From positions 1,440,001 to 1,504,000 of the forward strand of contig CAWCYI010000006.1 in NCBI GenBank assembly GCA_963799845.1: a stretch of 64,000 bases of DNA, written 5' to 3'. The translations under genes and the position numbers were made by a program. The stretch is from an uncultured Nitrososphaerota archaeon. GTDB lineage: Archaea; Thermoproteota; Nitrososphaeria; Nitrososphaerales; CADDZS01. The first letter of the stretch is position 1; every line of letters starts with the position of its first letter. Below are positions 9,817 to 18,600 of the stretch, one piece after another. Under the pieces are notes generated by a model. The model was not told the origin of the DNA. It made no database searches and saw only the letters and a list, made by a program, of their open reading frames with translations.

Positions 9817-10533
9817 TTGCAACAGATTCAAAAATCGACTTATTCCGAAAAGGCAATTGAAGTTATCGATCTGATAAAGAAGTACGGGTCTGGCGAGAGC
9901 CTTACTTTTGCTCTTAAGAATGTGAGCTTCTCGATCGCCCAGGGAGAGTTTGTGTCGATAATCGGACCTTCTGGTTCCGGCAAGAGTACGCTTCTGAACT
10001 TGATGGGCGCACTGGACAGGCCCTCGTCTGGAAAGGTCCTGATCGATGGAGTGGATCTTTCAAAGCAATCCAACTCGTCTCTCGCGAAACTCCGCAACAA
10101 GAAGATTGGATTCGTGTTCCAGTCGTTCAATCTGCTCAATAGGATGACGGTTCAAGGTAATGTTGAGCTACCCCTGACGATAGCTGGAGCATCCCCAAAG
10201 GACCGGAAAGAGAAGGCACTACATGTGTTAGGTCAGTTTGGGATAGCTGGAAAGGCTACCCACAAGCCAGCCACTTTGAGTGGAGGAGAGCAACAAAGAG
10301 TGGCAGTTGCCCGCGCGCTGGTCACGAATCCCTCGATTATCTTGGCTGATGAGCCCACCGGGAACCTCGATACGAAAAACACTGAGATAATGATGGAAGT
10401 TCTGGAAGAGTTGCATGAAAAGACTCACAAGACAATTGTGATGATCACCCACAATACCTTGCTTGCAAACAGGACTCAGCGAGCGATTTCAATCAGAGAC
10501 GGAGAGATTGTGGATGGCGAAGAAGAAGCATGA
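9817..10533 (+). CDS. LolD/MacB-type ABC ATPase
   Basis: GPSGSGKST, IGFVFQSFNLL, LSGGEQQRVAVAR, ILADEPTGNLD. Confidence 0.95.
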   Translation: MQQIQKSTYSEKAIEVIDLIKKYGSGESLTFALKNVSFSIAQGEFVSIIGPSGSGKSTLLNLMGALDRPSSGKVLIDGVDLSKQSNSSLAKLRNKKIGFVFQSFNLLNRMTVQGNVELPLTIAGASPKDRKEKALHVLGQFGIAGKATHKPATLSGGEQQRVAVARALVTNPSIILADEPTGNLDTKNTEIMMEVLEELHEKTHKTIVMITHNTLLANRTQRAISIRDGEIVDGEEEA

Positions 10534-12548
10534 AAGCAAAAATCATTGCCGTTTTCCTCATGGGGCTGTTCCTGATAACCGCGCTTCCGGTTCTCGAGAA
10601 TCACGCTAGTGCCCAGACTCAGGGCTTTCAGATAATTAGCGCCCAATGGGGTACTTCGACCACAACCGCCGAGGCGGGGCCAGGCGATCAGGACGTACCG
10701 CTGACTTTGACTGTTCAATATGTTTACCCCTACAGTGCATTATACGCACAATTTGAGTCGAAGTTGCCGAGTGGATTCAGTGTAACGTCGGCAGGAATAT
10801 CCTCCCAATCGGGTGGCAATTCGACTCTGTACTACACCAACAAGTTGGTTCAAGGCCAGATCTTCCAATTGCAGATGTACCTAAATCTCGCTGAGAATGT
10901 CTCGATAGGGAAGTACAGTTTTCCCACCACGATTACCTGGAGCGCTGTTTTAACAAATTCCACGAACGAACCGGAGGTCTCCCTGAACCAGAGTACTACA
11001 TTTGCAGTCACAGTTGAAGGAGATTCAAAGCTGGCATTTTCTTCCCCGAACAGGGGACTCGTTTCGGGACAAATCAACAATGTAACTCTAGATTTGACAA
11101 ACTCGGGTACTGGAAATGTTTCCAATGTCTTGACAACAATTACCTCAAGCAATCCACAAACTATCAGTGTGTTAAGCGGGATCCCACAGACTTCGGAGCT
11201 TGACGCCGGCGGCTCTGTTTCATATACTGTTGAATTGTTCGTCGCTTCTTCGGCCGTTGGGTCTTCTGTTTCGCTTTCACTCAGTACGACGTATCTTGAC
11301 GCTTATGGCAATCAACAATCTGCCTCCCAATCGCTCGGATTGTTTGTTGCTTCTTCAACTGCCACTCCCACATTGGTATACAGGTCGCTGCAAAATTCGT
11401 TGACGCCGGGACAGGTCAATAATATCACCCTGAACGTCACGAACGAAGGCAATGTGGAATTGTCTGGAATCTCGACTCAGGTCGGCAGTTCCTCCCAGAG
11501 TGTGAGCGTTCTTTCCCAGCCCGGGGTAATACAGAGTTTGACGCAGGGATCCAGCTCCTCGTTTGATGTCGGGCTCTTCGTCTCCGGGTCGGCTTCCAAC
11601 ACGCCGGTAACGCTGACAATCTCCGCAACTTATTCGATCGCAGGACCGAACAATACGGGATCGGTCTCCCAGACTCTTGGACTCTATGTCTCCAGCCAAC
11701 AGAGCGCGACTGGAGCTTCAACTATTTCTGTATCCACTGTTTCTAACGATTTGAAAACGGGGCAAGAGTCTCTGGTGTCTTTTAGGATAAACAACGCGGG
11801 ATCGGTTCCGATATATTATCCCAGTCTGTCTATATCCGTTACTTCGCCGCTCGTGGTCATATCAAACTCGTCATACGCGATACCAGGTGGCCAGATTCCT
11901 GCGAATGGCGCTGTAATCTATGAGGTGACCATACTAACCTCACCGTCAGCGACAATCGGTGTTTACGAAGGTACGCTCTCGGTAAATTACTCGAACCAAT
12001 ATGGGATCGCGAATTCGCAGTCCGTACAGGTCGGATTTGTTCTTACCGGGACAATTGAACTGGTGATCCAAGACGAGTCGATAACCGCGGGTACCGGTAA
12101 TCTCACTGTAAGTGGAACATTGCTGGACGAAGGGACTGCCTCGGCGTATTATGCGAGCGTGGCGGGTTACCTGAACTCGAGCTCACATGCAGGGCCTTTG
12201 TCGTACGTAGGAGAGATCGATCCGAACACCCCGGTACCGTTCACAACAACTATTCCTTATACGGCGACAGCACCATTGCGACAGACCGTTGGCATTCTGG
12301 TTACTTACAAAGACAGTTTTGGCAATAACCTGACCTCAAAGAGCAGCGAGAGCACCACAATAACTCCCGCAGTATCCGTAGCCCCGTCAACGGGAACTAC
12401 GACTAGCTCGAGTGGTCAGGGACTGGTCGTTGCCGTATTCTATGCGATCATAATAGTTGTGATCATAGCAGTTGTGGCCGGTGTAGTTCTCGTGAGGAGA
12501 CGACGCCCTAAAAGCGACGTCGTCACTCAGGATTCAAAGGTCGTCTGA
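10530..12548 (+). CDS. COG1361-type S-layer-domain protein, membrane anchored
   Basis: Signal peptide, repeated Ig-like units (GQ.NN.TL..TN.G), YVGEIDPN motif, C-terminal TM plus RRRR; lies between an ABC ATPase and permease. Confidence 0.8.
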   Translation: MKAKIIAVFLMGLFLITALPVLENHASAQTQGFQIISAQWGTSTTTAEAGPGDQDVPLTLTVQYVYPYSALYAQFESKLPSGFSVTSAGISSQSGGNSTLYYTNKLVQGQIFQLQMYLNLAENVSIGKYSFPTTITWSAVLTNSTNEPEVSLNQSTTFAVTVEGDSKLAFSSPNRGLVSGQINNVTLDLTNSGTGNVSNVLTTITSSNPQTISVLSGIPQTSELDAGGSVSYTVELFVASSAVGSSVSLSLSTTYLDAYGNQQSASQSLGLFVASSTATPTLVYRSLQNSLTPGQVNNITLNVTNEGNVELSGISTQVGSSSQSVSVLSQPGVIQSLTQGSSSSFDVGLFVSGSASNTPVTLTISATYSIAGPNNTGSVSQTLGLYVSSQQSATGASTISVSTVSNDLKTGQESLVSFRINNAGSVPIYYPSLSISVTSPLVVISNSSYAIPGGQIPANGAVIYEVTILTSPSATIGVYEGTLSVNYSNQYGIANSQSVQVGFVLTGTIELVIQDESITAGTGNLTVSGTLLDEGTASAYYASVAGYLNSSSHAGPLSYVGEIDPNTPVPFTTTIPYTATAPLRQTVGILVTYKDSFGNNLTSKSSESTTITPAVSVAPSTGTTTSSSGQGLVVAVFYAIIIVVIIAVVAGVVLVRRRRPKSDVVTQDSKVV

Positions 12549-12568
12549 TCGCAGAGAGCGGACTTAAC

Positions 12569-13918
12569 TTGAAGATCAAGGATCAATTCCTGTTCGCGCT
12601 CAGGGCGATGTCTGATCGACGACTCAGGACTACGCTCACGATTATCGGAATCCTGATCGGTCCCGCGACAATAGTCGCACTGGATGCGGCAACGCAGGGT
12701 TACAGCAATGCATCCACGGCTCAGTTCAACAAGCTCGGTGCCACGACATTATTTCTTAGTCCATCTGGTAGAGGTTTCAGCCTCACGCAATCGGATCTTC
12801 CGAGCATTTCAAATCTGGCCGGCGTCTCGGTCGCAGTTCCGTACCAGATGCTAAGCGGGACTATCACCCAGGGAGGGGGTTCCGTTTCCGTGCAGATAAT
12901 CGCGGCCGATCTGTCAAAGCTTACGGCTGTGTTTCCAAGCCTCTCCATAGATGAGGGCTCTCTACCGACCAGCACGGATTTAGCTGGTGCGATAATAGGT
13001 AACTCGATTGCGTTCCCCAATTTGGCTGACGCGACCAACGTGACGGTGAATCAGATTCTTAGCGTGTCCGGCGTCGGGCGCGGCTTTAGCTTTGGACCTA
13101 ATTTTGGGTTTGGCTCGACGAGCAATACTGCCTCGTCGACAAAATCGTTCATAGTTCGAGGCGTCTACAACTCGTTCGGGCAGGGATTTTTTATCAATCC
13201 TGACGACGACGTGTTTGTGTCGCTTGCGACCGGTGAGGCGCTACTCCACAGTTACGACTATACGGGAGTCATGGTAGTAGCACAGAGTCCGGCACTGGTT
13301 GATCAGGTAACTTCTGAACTCACCGCATTATACGGGAGCGACGCAAGAATAACCTCAGTAAGCTCTATTCTCTCAACGATTACATCCGTAACCCAGTCCA
13401 CGGGGACTCTTCTGGAGGCGGTTGGAAGTATCTCGGTCCTCGTGGCGTTCATTGCCATCATGACAACCGAGTTCACATCTGTCATTGAGAGGACAAAAGA
13501 AATTGGGATACTGAAGGCGCTCGGGGCAAACTCGCGTACGATAATGTTCAACTTTATCTCCGAGGCCCTCGCGACCGGATTTATCGGCGGAATTATAGGG
13601 GCGGCCGTCGGTTCCGGACTCTCTTTTTTCATCATCGGTTTGCTGGCGAGCCGCTCGGCTATCCCAAGCGCTAGTAGAACTTCAGGAACCGGAGCCGGTG
13701 CGAGGTTTAGCTCGGGCGGTGCGGGTCTTGCCGTTTCTTTAGGCAGTCCCAGCACTTCTTCAAGCACTGCCTCGACCGTGGCGATAACACCAGTGTTGAC
13801 GCCTGAATTGATCTTGCTAGCGATTGCTCTCGCAACTGTGGTCGGGGGATTAGCGGGGATATTGCCTGCCTGGAGAGCATCAAGAATGAATCCGGTCGAT
13901 GCGCTACGTTCCGCCTAG
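12569..13918 (+). CDS. MacB/FtsX-family ABC permease
   Basis: RRLRTTLTIIGILIG N-terminus, SVIERTKEIGILKALGA, PAWRASRMNPVDALR. Confidence 0.95.
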   Translation: MKIKDQFLFALRAMSDRRLRTTLTIIGILIGPATIVALDAATQGYSNASTAQFNKLGATTLFLSPSGRGFSLTQSDLPSISNLAGVSVAVPYQMLSGTITQGGGSVSVQIIAADLSKLTAVFPSLSIDEGSLPTSTDLAGAIIGNSIAFPNLADATNVTVNQILSVSGVGRGFSFGPNFGFGSTSNTASSTKSFIVRGVYNSFGQGFFINPDDDVFVSLATGEALLHSYDYTGVMVVAQSPALVDQVTSELTALYGSDARITSVSSILSTITSVTQSTGTLLEAVGSISVLVAFIAIMTTEFTSVIERTKEIGILKALGANSRTIMFNFISEALATGFIGGIIGAAVGSGLSFFIIGLLASRSAIPSASRTSGTGAGARFSSGGAGLAVSLGSPSTSSSTASTVAITPVLTPELILLAIALATVVGGLAGILPAWRASRMNPVDALRSA

Positions 13919-13969
13919 ATGGCCCAAGATTGCTTTTCCTCGTAAGAGAGCGTTCAGGCGATATTATTA

Positions 13970-14332
13970 TTGAGGACGCGGACGGTGGTCGTTGCAATAT
14001 CCATGGATGCGTTCGAGCGACTGCTTTGGTGGCTGTTCGCGGGAAGCACGGGAGCAAAAACTAGGCTTCTCGTGCTCGAAGCGATCAAGGAGCAACCCCG
14101 GAACGCGCAGCAGCTGTCCCAACTGCTTCGACTAGACTACACGACTGTAAGGCATCATCTGGGAGTCCTTGAGAAAAACAGGCTCGTCCTGACGGAAGGT
14201 GACAAGTACGGCAAGTTGTACTTTCTTTCGGAAATGATGGAAGCAAACTGGGAGAAACTGCAGGAAATCAAAGCAAAAACCAGCGGCGAAGGCAACCGTG
14301 GAAAATTGAAGAGCGAAGAAAAAAAAGAGTAG
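13970..14332 (+). CDS. ArsR-family winged-HTH regulator
   Basis: LLWWLFAGSTG..TR...PRNAQQLS..L.LDYTTVRHHL..L...GDKYG.LYF; start codon uncertain. Confidence 0.85.
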   Translation: MRTRTVVVAISMDAFERLLWWLFAGSTGAKTRLLVLEAIKEQPRNAQQLSQLLRLDYTTVRHHLGVLEKNRLVLTEGDKYGKLYFLSEMMEANWEKLQEIKAKTSGEGNRGKLKSEEKKE

Positions 14333-14336
14333 AATT

Positions 14337-14792
14337 TTGATGGGCCAGGAAAAAAATGAGAATACTCCCAAGAAGGGTAGAATGATGAGCAAACTCTGGG
14401 TACCGATCGTGATCTTCATTGGGACCTTGATCGGCATACTATCATACGAACTTGCCAGCGAAAGCGCAGAATTTCCTCGCTTCAATCGGTTTGGCCCGCC
14501 GGTTGGTCCGGACCTATACTTGGAATTTCACGTCATATTGTCGACCATTGGAATGGCGTTGCTCGTCGCGCTGATTTTGGTATACGCGAGGACCTATCTT
14601 CAGACGAAAGCCAATTTCATTCTGGGGCTGCTGGTCGTCCTGTTTGCCCTCCTCCTCCAAGCAGTCCTGTCGTATCCCGTTCTCCTCGAGTTTGAAGTCG
14701 CCCCGGGCTTTGCCATCGCGTTCTTTTCGCCGGTTGCGGACGTGTTTATGATAATTGCCTATACCGTGTTCCTCTATCTGAGTCTCGAATGA
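14337..14792 (+). CDS. Four-TM membrane protein
   Basis: Hydrophobic helices; directly downstream of the ArsR gene. Confidence 0.75.
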   Translation: MMGQEKNENTPKKGRMMSKLWVPIVIFIGTLIGILSYELASESAEFPRFNRFGPPVGPDLYLEFHVILSTIGMALLVALILVYARTYLQTKANFILGLLVVLFALLLQAVLSYPVLLEFEVAPGFAIAFFSPVADVFMIIAYTVFLYLSLE

Positions 14793-14891
14793 TTTAGCTA
14801 ATTAGCGAGAGGAAAGCTGGTATTTCCAGTTCGCGAAGGGCTTGAGGTGTGTCGGCGCATCTTAATATAGCCCGCGTGCCCACGTGTGGGT

Positions 14892-15123
14892 ATGAGTGTT
14901 GTAGTTGAGGCCGACGAGCGTGGAAGAATTCTGCTACCAGCAGAAATCAGGCGCAAAATTCACACTAAAAGGTTCAAAGTCACAATGAAACAAAACCACG
15001 TTGAGCTGCAGCCTCTAAAAAGCGTCGAAGAGCTGAAAAGGGAAATACAAAGACATCATTAAGTCCGACTGGGAGGAGCTTGAGGAGAGGTCAGAAGATT
15101 TTGTCTCGAAGGGACGAAGGTAA
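14892..15123 (+). CDS. AbrB/MazE-type antitoxin (one extra base near 15036; probable sequencing error)
   Basis: Reads MSVVVEADERGRILLPAEIRRK (AbrB motif). Removing one A after GAGCTG restores ELKGKYKDIIKSDWEELEE...GRR*, 76 aa. Not in the ORF track. Confidence 0.8.
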
Positions 15124-15139
15124 TAATCTGGATTCTGTA

Positions 15140-15577
15140 ATGCTTTCAGATACTGATTTGTTTTTCTTTTATCTGAAAGGAGGTAAGTTCTCTTCCCAAG
15201 CAGAAATTGCAATCAAACGCGCAACATCAGGAAGTCTTGAATTGAGAACTTCTTCAGAAGTTTATGACGATGCTATCTCGGCCATGAGGGCAGACGGCGT
15301 TCCTCTCAGTAAGGTTCGTGATTTTATCTCGGACATGAAGTCAATTCCTCATAAGCCCTTGCCGATGAGTGCAGAAATTGCTGAAGAAGCTTTAGTGTTG
15401 TACCTGAAGCATGGAGGAAGACGAAAGCTAAGCTATTTTGATTCCTTCCATGTTGCTACTGCGAGAAGGTACGCACTTAATTTTCTTACCAGCGACAAAT
15501 ACGTATTAGAGCATGCCAGCACATTTGAAATAAAAGCGACTAGTCTTTCGTTTCTGTCTTCAAAAGCGCAGGCTTGA
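15140..15577 (+). CDS. vapC: PIN-domain toxin
   Basis: MLSDTD, SSEVYDD, LSYFDSFHVATA and LTSD acidic PIN residues; follows an AbrB-type gene. Confidence 0.85.
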   Translation: MLSDTDLFFFYLKGGKFSSQAEIAIKRATSGSLELRTSSEVYDDAISAMRADGVPLSKVRDFISDMKSIPHKPLPMSAEIAEEALVLYLKHGGRRKLSYFDSFHVATARRYALNFLTSDKYVLEHASTFEIKATSLSFLSSKAQA

Positions 15578-15627
15578 GGCAACCGGATCTACCCTTGCAG
15601 GCACTTATCTGACACCAGCCATACTCT

Positions 15628-18600
15628 TCAGTTTGGTTGCGATGGCAGGTAATAGCTTCGTCTGGACCTTCGCCTAAATGCAAGTAGCAACCCAGCGACA
15701 ATTACGGCGATCACTGCCACAATCACTACGATGTATCTGATGTCAAAGACCGGTGCACCAGGACTGAATCGTACAATCATTTTCTCCGTGCCATTGAGTG
15801 TGAGCAAGAATTTCACGTAGTAGTAATTTGAGTCCTGGAAGTATGACTGGTTGTGTGTTGCATTTCCGTTGATGATTACGCTCGGGACCAGTCCAGAAAC
15901 AATTGAGCTCTTTAGGACTTGGATTGTTGCGCTTGCGGTGGTTCCATTAACGCCGTTCAGATCAAACGACAATGCGTAGCCGCCGCCTGATTTCTGAAGA
16001 GTTACGTTCGACATCTGAGAAGCGATGATGTTGCCAGTTACCTCGATCGGAACGCTACCGGAAGCCGTCGACGCAAGGGCGGTAGTGTCGAGGATTGGAA
16101 TGAAGAGAGTCACCGTTGAATTACCGGAATAGTCAACTGGAGAAATTATTTCAGTCCCGTTTATCGAGGTTGAAGCGTTGTAACTTCCCGGGGAAAGCCC
16201 GCGGAAAATCGCGCGCCCGCTGGAATCTGTCGTCCCGTTCGCGGAATATGTTGAATTTTTCAATTCGATTAGAGAAGAGGAAATGGGTGTTTGACCAGGG
16301 CCGATCGTGTGGACTGTGAGGAATTCGTGGTTGACCGTAGATACGATCAGAGAAGCAGACGCATCCTGTCCCGCATCGTTTGTGATCCTGATCGTGATAA
16401 CGTGGATGCCGTCTGAAAGCGAGGTTGAGTTCCAAGCATAACTTGCACCAGAGACTGCTTGAGGACTCCCGTCGATGCTTAGGCTCTGGTTGCTTATCGC
16501 TTGCCCCGTCGAATTCCAGCGGATTACAACGTCTCCGCTTACCCTCGTGCCGTTCTGAATACCGGAAAACGATACCAGCGGCATATTCGGGTAAATGTCC
16601 TGTTGATTCCCGACGAGATTATTGCTCGATAATTCGGTGCTCTGCGAATTTACGAGATAAATCCCGTACTTGTTTGAAGAAAGTTCGTTTCTTGCAACGG
16701 TATTTGATGGAGAGCTGGAAATTACTATTCCGGCATCATTTCCGGTCGCGTTGTTCTGGTAAACAAGATTTTGACTCGAGCCCGTGGTAAGCAATATTCC
16801 AGCCCCGATCTTATCCGGAACCGTGCTGCCAGAGATCGAGTTCGACGTGATCGAGTTCTGCGAAGAATCGTTCGAGATATGAATGCCTCCCGCGAGCGAG
16901 CAAGTTTGCGTGGAAGAGCATTCCGTCCCGATCGATGAAATCCTGTTCTCCGTAACGGTGTTGTTTGTGCTCGAATTAAGCAGAATTCCATCGAACGAAT
17001 CCATGGAAATGTTGTTCTTATCCACTTGGTTTGTGCCGCCTCCGGCAAGTACTACGCCATTTAGGTCGCTACTCATGTTATTCAGATCAATTCTGTCGTG
17101 AGAAATTGACGAAGCAAAGACACCGTCGCCGGTGTTGTTGTTGAAAGTCATCATCGAGATCGAGGATCCTGTAACGTTTGAAAGAGTGAGGCCGTTACCG
17201 ATGTTTTTCGAATCAAAATTACTGATGATGATTGAGCCATTCAAGTTCGATTCGTCGATCCCATCACCTGCACTTGAAGAGTTCCCGTTTAGAGAAATGA
17301 AATTTCCAAGGATGCAGGAAGAATAAATGAAGCTGCTCGAGTTGTTAATGAATGAGACAACACATCCTCCTGACCCCACATATCCGCCCGAGATACTTAG
17401 GGCGGTATCATTGTTCTGCGATATCACGTCGTTTGTGACCAGAGCAAGGGAATTCTTGAATATCGCTCCGTAGCCGTTATGGCCGATAGTATCAGCAGAA
17501 AGCTGAACCTGAGAGTCGTTTTCTGAAAGAACGCCTATGCTGTTATTCTCGATCAGGGCGAGCTCAACAAATGCTATTGAAGAGTTAGTAACCGACCCTG
17601 TTACGTTCTGGTTCAAACCATTTATCTGTATTCCAACTCCGTTATAGAAAGCGGACGTAAGAATCAACTGAATTCCTCCGTAGCCCTGCCCTTGGTTTCC
17701 AGTTAGGTAAATTCCGACGGGGTTACTCGTCGCGATGTTAAGTAAGAGGGATGCATTCAGCAGATTGTCGAGATAGAAACCGAATTTTCCGTTGCCGGTC
17801 GCTGCATTTTCAGTGATTATTGCTTTCCGTGAGTTTTGCACGTTAAAGCCATCGACATTGTTGTCATTCGAGACGGATAGAGCGATGTCAGGAGGAAGCG
17901 AGCTTGAATCATTGTCGATCACGATACCGCTTTGGTGGTTTCCGTTCGTGACATCTGCAATCATAGTGATTCCCGGAGTTCCATTAACAGAAATTCCGTT
18001 GCCATCGTTCGAATTGGAATAAGTACCTTCGATCAAAGAACCCAACGTCGAAGGGGTGTTCAGGAATATTCCATCTCCGGAATTGCCTGAGACCCAGTCG
18101 TTTACTATAAAATAGATTGATGTAGCGCCGCCCGAAATTGAAATCGAAGTAGTGTTCCAGCCCGCAAATACGAAGGGATCGGTCGATGTTCCGTTTCCCT
18201 GGATGACTCCATTTTCAGCAGTGAACTGAGAGTCATTCGTAATTGAAATTGGTGAGTGAGTTTCTCCCTGGATGAAAAATGAGGTTGTAAGGTTCGCGTA
18301 ATTCCCAGCAGCGTCAAAGCCCTGGACGCTAACGAGATAGCTTCCCAGGCTCGCGTTTAGCGGGCTTGCTGTCCCGAAGAGATAGGGGCCAACAAAAGAT
18401 CCGGTGGAAGACGCATAAGTCAGCCGAATGAAATTTACGAGGAAAAGGAGCCCCCCATGGTTAAGATAGACAAATGTCACAACAGAACCTTGGGTTAAGA
18501 GGGAGCCGTTGGGGTAGGTAATTCTCGCCGAGACCATTGGTTCGCTTCCCCCATTAACTGAGATCGTAGAACTAGGGACCGTGATCGACCCCACGAGATT

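Noticed and set aside
15031-15042. GAGCTGAAAAGG, shared with 53097-53108 on the minus strand, as a programmed frameshift signal
   Set aside because: The two genes are unrelated and the other lesions share only AGCT, which fits motif-specific sequencing error better.
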